DNA from: Candidatus Dojkabacteria bacterium
Lineage (GTDB): Bacteria; Patescibacteriota; Dojkabacteria; JAFGLO01
Direction of reading: 5' to 3'
Assembly: GCA_016927995.1 (NCBI GenBank)
Contig: JAFGLO010000008.1
Location: 2,074 to 66,073, forward strand
Length of the DNA: 64,000 nucleotides
Of the stretch, positions 1 through 10,326 are shown one piece after another. Positions within the stretch are counted from its first letter, which is position 1; the number at the start of each line of letters is the position of its first letter. Both the position numbers and the translations under genes were made by a program. The notes below the pieces were generated by a model. That model did no database searches, had not been told where the DNA came from, and saw only the letters and a list, made by a program, of their open reading frames with translations.

Positions 1-1060
1 TTGTGTGCCAAAATTCCATTGTATACAATCCACCGGACAACCCCGGCATACTGCTTATTGTGGCTTTACCCTGGATTACAATAACTGGCAACAAATAGCC
101 GTTATCCATATCAAGATAATAAACCTGCCCCATTGCAGAAATATTTAAATTTTGAAAATTAATGTCGGAGAAGACGATCCCTGTTGCGTAGTTTGGATCT
201 TCTTCCGTAATTGGGTCATCGTAAACTGAATTATATTCGTCAAAGACAATCTGCGTCTTAACTATTTTCGAACCTGCCGTACCTGACTTAAAACTATCTA
301 CGATTCCGTCGGAATTGTATCCGTTATACGTTCCTACTTTGTTAAAATCAGGTAAATATCTAAGCATCGACATATACGTTATTTGACCGTCCGAATCAAC
401 CACAAGTTCAATAAGATCCTCCTCAAAATTTGTGTTTAGAACTTTATATTTGTTAACCGACAAGGTTCCTATTATACTTTCATAACCGGCAACATTTTTT
501 ACAGAAAAGGTATAATTATCGAAATATTCGGTTTGGAATAAATCATTTAATGCCTTTGCTACAGAGGAATTCACGTCACCACCAGACGAATTTATTACCA
601 ACCCGCTGTTAGTCAAAGATATTTTTAATATTTGGGTATATAAAGTTGCGTTTCCCTTGTTTCCCGCCCAGGTTGTAAAATACTCTGATTTGGTTTCCAC
701 AAACCCTAACGATTGCATTGCACTTATTAAATCGAGCATTATATTTATATCAACAAGCTCATACACTTTATTTAATTCGGGCCACTGTGTAATCTCGGCA
801 TTGGCATCAAGATAAACTGCTGTATTCGAGAGATTAAGTCCACCGTTTGGATCATCTATTGAAAGCTCTCCTAATGATTCATCTCCCTGCTGAGCCGGAT
901 TTAGAAGATCCTTAAAGTAAACAAAGTATGTTGCAATCAGTAAGCCAACAAAGGCAAGAACAACAAGAATAACGAGGTAGTTTGCAACGAAAAACTCTTT
1001 AATTTTTTGAAAACTAAACTTCTTATTTTCTTTTGGTTCTTGTACTGTTTCCATTTGCAT
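1..1060 (-). CDS. membrane-anchored extracellular protein, C-terminally truncated by window edge (hypothetical)
   Basis: Open minus-strand frame from ATG at 1060 to the window start. N-terminus MQMETVQEPKENKKFSFQKIKEFF, then one hydrophobic helix (VANYLVILVVLAFVGLLIATYFVYF), then a long polar domain. Start lies 10 bp downstream of the stop of the 1070-3481 gene, suggesting an operon. No family recognised. Confidence 0.5.
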   Translation of the reverse strand, partial: MQMETVQEPKENKKFSFQKIKEFFVANYLVILVVLAFVGLLIATYFVYFKDLLNPAQQGDESLGELSIDDPNGGLNLSNTAVYLDANAEITQWPELNKVYELVDINIMLDLISAMQSLGFVETKSEYFTTWAGNKGNATLYTQILKISLTNSGLVINSSGGDVNSSVAKALNDLFQTEYFDNYTFSVKNVAGYESIIGTLSVNKYKVLNTNFEEDLIELVVDSDGQITYMSMLRYLPDFNKVGTYNGYNSDGIVDSFKSGTAGSKIVKTQIVFDEYNSVYDDPITEEDPNYATGIVFSDINFQNLNISAMGQVYYLDMDNGYLLPVIVIQGKATISSMPGLSGGLYTMEFWHT

Positions 1061-1069
1061 TTAATTAAC

Positions 1070-3481
1070 TTACTCGGGACATACACTATTACTTCCAATT
1101 CCAACATACCTTGCAACATCTACCGGAGCCCCCGAAGGAGTACGTGCAAATACATGCACATGCTCACCACTCCAGCGAAGAGTACAGCCATCCGGAATTT
1201 GCCCATCTCCCGGCCCGGGAATTGTCTTAAGCTGCGAATATTTGATTCCACACCCAACTACCCAGTCACCCTGCCCGGGAGCAAGAGAAAACAACTCACA
1301 TAAAGGGTCACCAGCATTTACTGAAGCCCCAGACTTTATCACGCACTTCTTTGCATCAATATGTACAATAACGAATTGAGCTCCCGTACTTTTTCCTGTT
1401 TTATGATTCTTTTCCTTAATAATAACATAGTCCTGAGATAAACCAACGCGGTAAATTGATACTGTTCCACTTACCGGAGCTTTCACCATTTTGGTTCCAT
1501 CGGTTGGGGCAATATCAACTGCATAGGTATTTTTTGTTTGGACAAGAATTCTGTGAGACGTGGCTCCTTTGTATCCTTGAGTACATTTTATTGAATCAAA
1601 CATTGGGCTAAATGGATAATCTAGCTTTAACTGCGTTAGACTTGCATTGTAGTCAATTGCATATCCTCCACCTGCAGTACCGTCGAGTATGCTTGTATTA
1701 CCACCAGGCACTGTAGCTCTATCGGGTCCTCCCGACCCAACTTGACCGGGAATAACATCGTTTGGCATAAAGGCCCCGGAACGTGCATACGTGGAATATA
1801 TACCGGCGATAAGAATGCCCATTATCACGGCTACCAATAATAAACTCTTAACGGATATCTCCAGCACGGCCCATCCTATTTTTTCTACAATTTCAGCGAC
1901 AACCCATCCGACAACTGCAGCAACCAAATTTCCAATTACGGGAACTGCTGAACCTATCGCTTGCAAAGCTCCGTGAATCAATCCTTTCGTTCCAAACTTC
2001 ATAGCCAACTTTACAAATGCATCAGACACCGATTGAAACGCTTTTCGAATCGCATATTGCACGACCGACTTGGCCGCATTTTGCCATCCGGCATTTGCAA
2101 CCTTTTGTAACTCCTTTGCAAGTCCGGCCATGCCCATTTTTTGTGCAATATTTATTGCAAAACTAACCCCTCGTTCGGCAATATGCTTGTTTACAAAATT
2201 CTCAAGTCGACCTTTTATACCAAGTTCCGGAAGTATCTTTTTCCCAAAAAGCAGGTTAACCATTTTTGCCCAATCGCCATCCCATGCCGATCTTAAGATA
2301 ACACCCGGATGGGCAATATATGCCAATGCAAATACTTTGTTAAATCCTTTCCCCAATTTATAGTCTTTCCATTTCTGAGGCGTGGCCGTAAGCAATGCCC
2401 TGAATTTATCGGCACCACGACCAGCCGCAAGCATCTTTAAAAGATCTCCGTTTAAGAAGAGATTTGGAAATGTTTCAGCTTTCGACCAGGCCAACCTACC
2501 TGCATTAATATCGTTTACTAAATTTATAGCACCTAACCATCCACTCTGACCTTTTTTAATTCTGGTAAGTTGTATCGCAAGTGCCCTTTCGCTTTCAGAA
2601 CCCTTGCTTAGTTTTCTTATGATGTGGTCAAACGCAAGAGACTGATAATTCTCCCCGCTTTCAGTTTCAATAATTGTTCCAACGATTGATTGAACCGTAC
2701 TCGAGGTTTCTTTGGAAACATCCAACCCTAATTGAGAAAGATCTGAATCAACAAGCGCTTTTAATCTATCCCCTCTTTTCTTACTGGCTTTACCCTGCTG
2801 TGCTATTCCGATTCTTTTTAGATATGCATTCCTTCTACTTGCATCATTAAAACTGCCGAGATACTGCTCAATTGTATTTATTTCGGGGGCCGATACTTTT
2901 GCCTTTGTAAGAATTTCTCTGGAGTTTTCGGCAAGTTCTGCAAACGCTAAGGCTCTTGCATCGTTAGAAGTATGCATTATATCGTTGTTATTCCAAAGAT
3001 CCAGCACTCTTCTTCTGAACGAATCAGAGATATCCCCGTGTCCTGCCTTTGCAAGAGAATACTTTAGCAATCGCTCCTTTTCCCAAGAAGTTAGACTTGA
3101 TATCATATTTGCCCACTTTTTACCCCCACCAAAAAGCGGCGCACTTGCACCATAGGCAATCTCCTTGGAAAAATTAATCGCACTCTCTACGGCTTTGTTC
3201 GGATCATCAAGAGCCTGAACAATAAATTGCGGAGATATCGAGACGTTAAGGTTTTTATAGTCAAGCCCTACGGTAAACCTAGGAGAATATAACGCAATGT
3301 TAGCTCTGTTTATAACGTTATCAATGGGACCGGCAACCAACGCATTTATAGGTGCCATTGCACCTTCCATTACATCAGCAACCTGAGCACCCTGCTGACC
3401 AATATCAATAAAAGGTCTACCCTGCGCAGGTCTGCTTTGCTTTGGTAACAAACTGTCAAATACCGAGTCTAAAAGTCCCAT
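1070..3481 (-). CDS. large membrane protein with C-terminal M23/LytM-type peptidase domain
   Basis: 803 aa. Central hydrophobic helices (IGSAVPVIGNLVAAVVGWVV; LLLVAVIMGILIAGIY). C-terminal domain carries M23-like motifs: H-x-n-D (HRILVQTKNTYAVDIAPTDGTKMVKAPVSGTV) and SGEHVHVF (HxH). N-terminal ~500 aa unrecognised. Confidence 0.6.
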   Translation of the reverse strand: MGLLDSVFDSLLPKQSRPAQGRPFIDIGQQGAQVADVMEGAMAPINALVAGPIDNVINRANIALYSPRFTVGLDYKNLNVSISPQFIVQALDDPNKAVESAINFSKEIAYGASAPLFGGGKKWANMISSLTSWEKERLLKYSLAKAGHGDISDSFRRRVLDLWNNNDIMHTSNDARALAFAELAENSREILTKAKVSAPEINTIEQYLGSFNDASRRNAYLKRIGIAQQGKASKKRGDRLKALVDSDLSQLGLDVSKETSSTVQSIVGTIIETESGENYQSLAFDHIIRKLSKGSESERALAIQLTRIKKGQSGWLGAINLVNDINAGRLAWSKAETFPNLFLNGDLLKMLAAGRGADKFRALLTATPQKWKDYKLGKGFNKVFALAYIAHPGVILRSAWDGDWAKMVNLLFGKKILPELGIKGRLENFVNKHIAERGVSFAINIAQKMGMAGLAKELQKVANAGWQNAAKSVVQYAIRKAFQSVSDAFVKLAMKFGTKGLIHGALQAIGSAVPVIGNLVAAVVGWVVAEIVEKIGWAVLEISVKSLLLVAVIMGILIAGIYSTYARSGAFMPNDVIPGQVGSGGPDRATVPGGNTSILDGTAGGGYAIDYNASLTQLKLDYPFSPMFDSIKCTQGYKGATSHRILVQTKNTYAVDIAPTDGTKMVKAPVSGTVSIYRVGLSQDYVIIKEKNHKTGKSTGAQFVIVHIDAKKCVIKSGASVNAGDPLCELFSLAPGQGDWVVGCGIKYSQLKTIPGPGDGQIPDGCTLRWSGEHVHVFARTPSGAPVDVARYVGIGSNSVCPE

Positions 3482-3523
3482 TAAAATTCAAAGTAAAGTT
3501 TAAAAGGTTTAACCATTACTACA

Positions 3524-5056
3524 CTACTCACCCACTGATTTAAGTAAACCACCAATAAGTGGAGTCTTGGACGACATCCCAACAATGCTTTTGGTTGCAA
3601 GACCCGCGGCCTGTGAGCCCTGAACCTTTAAGAACTCTTTTGTAAACTTGTCGGCTGATGCAGCGGCAAGCACTATAGCATAGGCAATTAGCCCACCAAT
3701 GTTACCTGCGCCGGGATCAACAAGTGTTGTATTGATTCCACCAGGGAAGGTAATCGCAGTCTTAATACTACTTATTGCAACAACCGCCCCAATGTTAATC
3801 ATTGCGAATGTAACCGGAAATACAAGTGCATCTGCAAAAATACCTTTATACGAATCGATTATCATTTTTTCCTGACCAGGTAATGTGCCAATTAACGTAA
3901 CAATAGGTAGTGCTATTACCTTCATAAAAATCTGGGCGTATGCAAGAAACAGATTGAAAACTATCTTAAATGAGGCATATATTAAGCCCACGGATATAAT
4001 AATTTTTACCAAAATGTCCTTCCAGGTTATTCCTCCGTTATAAATAAAACCTGTAGCCGCAGTAACTGCAGACATAGATACAGATGCCGTTGAGGCCAGA
4101 AGATCCCCCGCAGAGGTTCCCCAACCCTTAAATGTTGTTATTAGTGCATTTCCCCACGACGTTACCGCTCCTTGAAGGGTTTGCTTTATACTGGCAGAAT
4201 GTGCTGCATTACCAACGCCACCCGTCATATCTACAGCACCCGTTAAAATCCACTGTGTGTTTGTCCAAAAATACCAAGGTCCGCCGAGTCCAATTGGCTG
4301 CATTGAGATTCCATTCTTAGTGTAGTAGTCAGCAATGAGATTACTTATTAGCGCCATGACAAATGTACTAACGCTAAGAAGTAGTCCTGCTAAAAAGAAA
4401 CTCGCGTGCACAAGAATCATTCCAATTATCACACGGGGAATAGAATTTGTTATGGACACTGCAACCTGCCCGTTAATCTTTTGTCTAAACATGATCATAA
4501 ACCCGATTACAACAACAACTACAACAAATCCTACATATGCAATATTCTTTGTGTAATCCCATAGATCCTTTATTGGTTTTAACATATCTTGACCTGAGGT
4601 GGGAGCTGTCGCAGCATTAGCTTGGTTTATTCTCGAAGGACTCCACTCCTGTGCAATGTAAACTCCCGGGTTTACAGAGGTAGGAAAGTTTGAAAAAGCA
4701 TAAGTAACAAACTCACTTGAGCGATCCAACAGTCCGTATCCCATGGATCGAGCCGCTTCACTTTCCTGTAAAAGCGCCATTTGGTCCTCAACTGGAAAAA
4801 CACCAAGCCCTATTAACCGTTGTCCAAAAACTAAAATACCGGCCATTGTATTAACGCAATGATAATCGGCTGCGCTAGTCCCCTCTGTCCCATATACCTG
4901 ATTTGTAACCTCGGAACACTCAGTATATGCAGAAAGGTTAGGATCACCCGCACTGACCTTAAAGCTTCCGCTTATGGTTCCGATAACTACCATAAACAAA
5001 AGTGCCATTGTTAAAATCCTCATGCCTTTGGTGAAGAGCTTTTCGATTTTGGACAT
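3524..5056 (-). CDS. polytopic integral membrane protein (>=8 predicted TM helices), hypothetical
   Basis: 510 aa with repeated long hydrophobic stretches (e.g. VGFVVVVVVIGFMIMF, GMILVHASFFLAGLLLSVSTFVMALI) and Gly/Ala-rich segments. Co-directional with the M23 gene and the GH5-like gene. No catalytic motif recognised. Confidence 0.5.
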   Translation of the reverse strand: MSKIEKLFTKGMRILTMALLFMVVIGTISGSFKVSAGDPNLSAYTECSEVTNQVYGTEGTSAADYHCVNTMAGILVFGQRLIGLGVFPVEDQMALLQESEAARSMGYGLLDRSSEFVTYAFSNFPTSVNPGVYIAQEWSPSRINQANAATAPTSGQDMLKPIKDLWDYTKNIAYVGFVVVVVVIGFMIMFRQKINGQVAVSITNSIPRVIIGMILVHASFFLAGLLLSVSTFVMALISNLIADYYTKNGISMQPIGLGGPWYFWTNTQWILTGAVDMTGGVGNAAHSASIKQTLQGAVTSWGNALITTFKGWGTSAGDLLASTASVSMSAVTAATGFIYNGGITWKDILVKIIISVGLIYASFKIVFNLFLAYAQIFMKVIALPIVTLIGTLPGQEKMIIDSYKGIFADALVFPVTFAMINIGAVVAISSIKTAITFPGGINTTLVDPGAGNIGGLIAYAIVLAAASADKFTKEFLKVQGSQAAGLATKSIVGMSSKTPLIGGLLKSVGE

Positions 5057-5081
5057 TTTAAGTTAATATTAAAATTTAAAT

Positions 5082-7358
5082 TTATTCTTCTTTGGGCGGA
5101 ATACCCTGAGTTGTAAGTCTAACATAAGCTTCACTAATATCCATGTGTCCTGGCATTCCATACATTTGATCGTATGCTTCACCAATAAGACATGAAAACT
5201 TTAGTACTCCAGGAAAATACAGCTTAAGATTATCATATTGTTTACCACAAATATATGCAGAGACTTCGACGTAAAGTTCGCCGACGTTATCACATTCGGT
5301 ACCGCCACCCGGATAGGCCGTCATACCTAGAAGCGCAAGATCATACTGTTGCATTATATCGGTGAAGGTGTCGGTAACATAAAATTGAATATCTTTTATG
5401 CTTTGTTTACACGGATTAAAGAAAGAGATCGTTCTATCAATTGTACTTTCTATAACCCATGTTCCCGCCTGACCAATGGTCATTGTAGGTGCTTGAATAC
5501 TGCAGTACTCTAAAGCTCCGGCAGGTACGGAGTTAACCTGATTTTTACAAACCCCAATCATCTGTTCTTCAGCATATGCTTTTAAATATTTTTCAAGGTC
5601 CAAGAGTCCATTAACGCCTTCCCCGGGAATTCCATAAAAATACGCCATATTACTTTTTGCCTTTTCATAGGCTGCCGCCGCATCTTCAACTGTTGCCTCG
5701 GCTTTCTGCCCACTTGATCCCGTTGTCTCAATGTATAAAACAGATGGCGTATAAGCCGCCGGAAAGTTGGCCGTACTTGACCAAACCATGTCGTAATTTT
5801 TACCTGGAATCTGCATTGAATAAGGATTCCCACCTTGTTGGGCTGTTCGACCTTTGGCTCCGATAATTGGAATTTCGTTATCTTTTGCAACTAGCCCAAA
5901 TGGTGCCGAAATTCCTGTAGGATACATCATGGTTCCAAGCCGAATATCGCAATTGCAACCAAATTTTCCAACTTCGCCAAGCTCGGAAAACCAGGTGGAC
6001 AAAGTATTAGAAGTTTCACCCGTTACCGATAATCCTTCGGTACAAACCATTTTGTCAACAACAGGAATATCGCCTGTACATGGACGAATTTCGTCGCCCC
6101 ATTCAGGCCACAAACATGCATTCATATCGGCTCCCCGAGTTGGAAATCCATTACAACATACGTAATATGCAGAACAATACGAGCCACCACCACACGAAAT
6201 ATATTTATTGGTCGGACAGGCTAAACTACTATTAAGTCTAGAGGCAAAATTAGTAGCACTCGTAGCTCCACTAAAAATACTGTTCCAATCGACGTTACAA
6301 TTATTATAAACAGATACCGCAACAGTTGATGAATAACCGGTATTGCTGTTTGTCTGACTGCCGGCCGCAGGTAAGTAATAACCTCTACACTGAGCAGTTC
6401 CTTCGATATCGGGGTTGTAAATAAAAGGCATTGCAGCTTTTACCTTGCCCTGCAATTGTGGCCATGCATTTGCTAAAAATTGAGCCATATCAGGCTCAAC
6501 ATATCCACCTAAAAACCCAAGTTCTGTAATAAAAATATTGTTTCTGTCAAAGTTAACTCCGGACGTAGTTCCCTTTAATATAGCATCGGTACAGATCCCG
6601 GCATCGATACAGTTTACACTGTCCTTGTTGTTGTATATTGTTGCATAACTTCCGCCATATACGTGAAGGGCAACACCATCGAAAGTAAGATCGCCTAAAT
6701 TCATGTTACTAATAAACTCACTCGGATTAACGGTCTCGGCATTCGGATATGGGTTCATGGAAGGAAATAATACCTTATGCCCCTTTGCCCTAAGTGCAGA
6801 CACCAGTTTTTTAAGATATTTACCAACACCTTGTGCCATTGCCGTATTACCTCCACTATTAAAAAGCGCAGTGTTTTCCCTGCTCCAGTTAATTTCGTTA
6901 AGAGGCTCAACCCATACAGACGTAATTCCGGAAAGACATGAAGCAAAATTATTAACCAGATTAGTTTGGTCGGCATCGCTTACAGGAATTCCGCTACTAC
7001 CCGGATACAATCTGACAATTAAATTCCCACCTGTGTGCGAGGCAATATAGTCAATTGGAATTCCACTATTCACCTGTTTACAGTCGGTACCCATCATTAC
7101 CATTACCCAGTTACCGTTATTAACCGCCCAGTTAAGCGTGGCATTCTGATGATCCCAGTCATCGCATCCATAAGCACCAAGATTATACCCGACAACAGAA
7201 TCTGCAACAGGACCGGTACATGTTCCACCCGACGATGCAGATACCAAAGGTTTGTAATTTACAATAAAAAACAAAGAAAGCAGAAGACACAAAACAGAGC
7301 CGCCATAAAACCAAAATTGTTTTCCGGGCATCTTTAAAACCATGCCAAAGGATACCAT
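5082..7358 (-). CDS. secreted/anchored protein with N-terminal GH5-like (clan GH-A) glycoside hydrolase domain and Cys-rich C-terminal region
   Basis: 758 aa. N-terminal hydrophobic anchor/signal. Contains VEPLNEINW (NEP acid/base-like motif) and ITELGF (nucleophile-like TExG motif) with clan GH-A spacing. C-terminal half Cys-rich (CGGGSYCSAYYVCCNG...). Family assignment is from motifs only. Confidence 0.45.
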   Translation of the reverse strand: MVSFGMVLKMPGKQFWFYGGSVLCLLLSLFFIVNYKPLVSASSGGTCTGPVADSVVGYNLGAYGCDDWDHQNATLNWAVNNGNWVMVMMGTDCKQVNSGIPIDYIASHTGGNLIVRLYPGSSGIPVSDADQTNLVNNFASCLSGITSVWVEPLNEINWSRENTALFNSGGNTAMAQGVGKYLKKLVSALRAKGHKVLFPSMNPYPNAETVNPSEFISNMNLGDLTFDGVALHVYGGSYATIYNNKDSVNCIDAGICTDAILKGTTSGVNFDRNNIFITELGFLGGYVEPDMAQFLANAWPQLQGKVKAAMPFIYNPDIEGTAQCRGYYLPAAGSQTNSNTGYSSTVAVSVYNNCNVDWNSIFSGATSATNFASRLNSSLACPTNKYISCGGGSYCSAYYVCCNGFPTRGADMNACLWPEWGDEIRPCTGDIPVVDKMVCTEGLSVTGETSNTLSTWFSELGEVGKFGCNCDIRLGTMMYPTGISAPFGLVAKDNEIPIIGAKGRTAQQGGNPYSMQIPGKNYDMVWSSTANFPAAYTPSVLYIETTGSSGQKAEATVEDAAAAYEKAKSNMAYFYGIPGEGVNGLLDLEKYLKAYAEEQMIGVCKNQVNSVPAGALEYCSIQAPTMTIGQAGTWVIESTIDRTISFFNPCKQSIKDIQFYVTDTFTDIMQQYDLALLGMTAYPGGGTECDNVGELYVEVSAYICGKQYDNLKLYFPGVLKFSCLIGEAYDQMYGMPGHMDISEAYVRLTTQGIPPKEE

Positions 7359-7436
7359 ATTCTGTTCGTTTCTGCTAATATATAATACCTTCTACGAAGG
7401 GAAAATTTTGAATAAATTTTTAGAGCCTGCCCAGCT

Positions 7437-9869
7437 ATGATTACATGGAACACTTACTTTTCAAAAAATAGTGAGTCCACAAAAGCGTCAAAAATCTTTA
7501 CACAAAAACTTGGAAATACCAATGTTTTCACAATCATTACACTTTTGGGCTCGGGTCCCTTCAATGCTCATACAGCAGGCAATATGATTTGGGAGAAAAT
7601 TAAAGAAGTAATAATGGAACCAACCGAGTCGATAACCGAAATGCTCGAGGAGGCACTAAAAAAATCCCGCCAGCACTTAATTCGTCTGATTCAAAATGAC
7701 GAGACATTTAAAGATATCGGAATTGATTTTCATGTTTCAATCGTTATGGTTCAAGGTAAAATTATGTACATTGGTAACATTGGAGACAACGATCTTTATA
7801 TAATCCGAAACACCCCCATAGATATAGGAAAACTTGTCCACGACGAAAAGAAAATATTTCAAACCGGCAGTGGAAAACTTGAAGATAATGACATCTTGAT
7901 ACTAGGTGCACCCAATACGGTCGATGCATATATTGAAACCCAGTTTTCTGAAGATACCCCACTGCACCAATGGGAGCTAATAAACGACGACTTCCAAAGT
8001 CTGTCGGATGGATTTGCGGGTACACAGTCAATTATCACAGTTTTTATAGGAACACCCGAGTCACAAATTCTTGAAGAACCTGCGGGTAAGGTCAACGATC
8101 CAACAAATTACAAGGCAGGCAACATTACGGCAGAATCGGCCGGTACAAACACCGCCCTAAATCCGGAAGCACTGACTCCCGAGTCACTTATGATTGATGA
8201 TTCAACCTTTGGAGGAAAGGTTAAATCATTCTTTGCGAAGGCAAAACTTTTTGCAACCGATACTTACCGAAAAATCGAGCCCACTATTGGTAACCTGATC
8301 AACAAAGTTAAAGAACTGTTCGGGTCAGCCAAATCGGCAATTTCCCAAAGATTTTCGGGCCAGGACCACTCCGGACTCGAAGAAACCAAGATACCCGTTG
8401 CATTCGCAGAGCCAACTAGAAATGACAATTCCGGACTATACAAAGACTACGAACTTCGGGACGTACAAAAGCCCGTCTCGGCAAATCTAAGACCGCAAAG
8501 CTCTATTGGCCGTAAGCTAAAGAGTTTCTTGTCATTCTTACCAATTCAGCCAAAAGTAAAACCGCAAAACGTCGGTAGCAAAATCGGTGAACCCTTCTAC
8601 AAAAAACAATGGTTCTACGTTGCCATAGTTGCCGTTATCGGAATATTCATAATCGGCGGACTCATAAAATCCGCAAAAGAGAAAAAAGTCTATACGGCTT
8701 ACCTTGACAAGATTACAAGTTACGTAACGACTGTAGAAACCATTATTTCGGAAGCAGAGCGACTTGCTTTGTCAGGACCAGAAAAAAGAACTGAACTTAT
8801 TACAAAGGTTGACCAATACAAAAACTATATTGCAACCGAAAGTATAGACACAACCAATCTAAAGGAAGCTGATCTGGAACTTAAAACTAGACTTGGAACT
8901 GCAGCTACAAAAATGATTCTACTCGAGAATCAGGCCTATTTAATAGAACCTGTAAAGGAAGGCGAGAATCTAACAATCCTCTTTGACACAACACAGGCAT
9001 GCAATGGAATGGCTGATCCTATCGACATCGCCGTTAACTCACCCTTCATGATTATTCTTGGCAATGACAAAAAAAGTATTTGTGTTGTAAACCTAAGTGA
9101 AACCAACGCTCAAGGAGTAATAATTGATAATAATCATACCCTATCGGAAGAACCATTTGCCGTTTCAGCTTATACAATTAAAGATTCCCAAGACAAGATT
9201 GTCTCATCCGGGTTTTATGTACTCGATGCCAAAAAAGGTGTAATAAAAATTGAAATTCAAAATAGTGAGAATGCTTTTCTGGATGCCTCAAAATTTGTAT
9301 TAACCGCAATGTCTGCACTAACTCCAAATACAATCGGGAAGGCACTCGACATAGAAACCTATAAAGAACACCTATACTTTTTAAACGCAAGTGAGTCACG
9401 TGTTAAGAAGGCCGCCGGTCAAGACAACGGGTTTGCTTTCCCTCAGGAATATCCCGGCATGCGAAATGACGAATTTACCCTGGCAACAGATATGTTAATC
9501 GATGGAGCAATTTACATTCTTACAAACTCCCCAAGTAAAATCCTTATGTACTCAGGAGGTGATCCATATAATTTAACAATCCAAAACACAACACCGAATA
9601 TTAACGTTATTGGTAATGGATTCACGGAAATTGGTGAGACTCGTCCAATTTACATAATTGATCACCAAGAAGGATACGAACGTATACTGGTTTTTGAGAA
9701 ACCCACCGGAGAAGGTATGGCTTTAAACTTAAATCTCAGATACCAGTTTAGATATCAGGGAAGTAAGGAAAATGTATTTACCGACCTAAAAGAAGTTTTT
9801 CCCGATGAATATGACAATTATCTTTACGTTCTTGACGATACGCTAATTCTCAAGATTGTCGTTAAATAA
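7437..9869 (+). CDS. fusion protein: divergent PP2C/SpoIIE-like phosphatase-like N-domain, single TM helix, large extracytoplasmic C-domain
   Basis: 810 aa. N-terminal region has PPM-like motifs (GNIGDNDLYI resembling xxVGDSRxY; ILILGAPNT). The metal-binding DGxGG motif is replaced by LGSGPF, so it may be catalytically divergent. TM helix WFYVAIVAVIGIFIIGGLI at about residue 395. Stop TAA abuts the smpB ATG (TAAATG). Confidence 0.4.
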   Translation: MITWNTYFSKNSESTKASKIFTQKLGNTNVFTIITLLGSGPFNAHTAGNMIWEKIKEVIMEPTESITEMLEEALKKSRQHLIRLIQNDETFKDIGIDFHVSIVMVQGKIMYIGNIGDNDLYIIRNTPIDIGKLVHDEKKIFQTGSGKLEDNDILILGAPNTVDAYIETQFSEDTPLHQWELINDDFQSLSDGFAGTQSIITVFIGTPESQILEEPAGKVNDPTNYKAGNITAESAGTNTALNPEALTPESLMIDDSTFGGKVKSFFAKAKLFATDTYRKIEPTIGNLINKVKELFGSAKSAISQRFSGQDHSGLEETKIPVAFAEPTRNDNSGLYKDYELRDVQKPVSANLRPQSSIGRKLKSFLSFLPIQPKVKPQNVGSKIGEPFYKKQWFYVAIVAVIGIFIIGGLIKSAKEKKVYTAYLDKITSYVTTVETIISEAERLALSGPEKRTELITKVDQYKNYIATESIDTTNLKEADLELKTRLGTAATKMILLENQAYLIEPVKEGENLTILFDTTQACNGMADPIDIAVNSPFMIILGNDKKSICVVNLSETNAQGVIIDNNHTLSEEPFAVSAYTIKDSQDKIVSSGFYVLDAKKGVIKIEIQNSENAFLDASKFVLTAMSALTPNTIGKALDIETYKEHLYFLNASESRVKKAAGQDNGFAFPQEYPGMRNDEFTLATDMLIDGAIYILTNSPSKILMYSGGDPYNLTIQNTTPNINVIGNGFTEIGETRPIYIIDHQEGYERILVFEKPTGEGMALNLNLRYQFRYQGSKENVFTDLKEVFPDEYDNYLYVLDDTLILKIVVK

Positions 9870-10322
9870 ATGATCATTTCAAATAAGGGCGTAACAAAAC
9901 ATTACGAGGTAATTGACAAATACGAAGCAGGGATTATGCTAACGGGTCCGGAGGTAAAATCCATTCGAAATAAAAGTATCTCTTTTAAAGGCACCTACAT
10001 TACCAACAGGACCGGGGAGCTTTTTCTTGTTGGACTTAATATTGGTCAATATAAATATACCGGCAGTAAAAATGCCATATCGGAAAGACAAATCAAACTT
10101 TTGGTTACGAAACACGAGCTTGTCAAGATTAATTCAAAACTAAAAGACGGTAGTATTACACTTGTTCCCCTTTCAATTTTTACCAAAGGCAAGCGACTTA
10201 AACTTGAGTTTGCAATGGGTCGTGGACTTAAAAAATATGATATTAAATCTCGTGAAAAAGCTATTGATCAAGAACGAAAGACTGAAGCCCGTGAAGCAAA
10301 GTATAAAAAGATTAACGGCTGA
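9870..10322 (+). CDS. smpB: SsrA-binding protein SmpB
   Basis: 150 aa. Full-length match to the SmpB fold signature (EVIDKYEAGIMLTGPEVKSIRNKSISFKGTYI...LLVTKHELVKI...GSITLVPLSIFTKGKRLKLEFAMGRGLKKYD) and basic C-terminal tail. The cognate tmRNA is in the same window. Confidence 0.9.
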   Translation: MIISNKGVTKHYEVIDKYEAGIMLTGPEVKSIRNKSISFKGTYITNRTGELFLVGLNIGQYKYTGSKNAISERQIKLLVTKHELVKINSKLKDGSITLVPLSIFTKGKRLKLEFAMGRGLKKYDIKSREKAIDQERKTEAREAKYKKING

Positions 10323-10326
10323 TTGG

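Noticed and set aside
1791-2363. Short + strand ORFs (1791-1976, 2070-2363) and similar antisense or embedded ORFs throughout (e.g. 4132-4556, 5582-6165, 6703-7337, 7762-8095, 19239-19478, 20537-21148, 23514-23852, 24127-24408, 26225-26574, 28514-28967, 31993-32398, 34234-34587, 35084-35655, 39867-41451, 45483-45773, 54594-54998, 57492-57834)
   Set aside because: Each lies wholly inside a longer ORF on the opposite strand, or in another frame, that has clear family motifs. They have low-complexity composition and no independent support, so they are treated as spurious.
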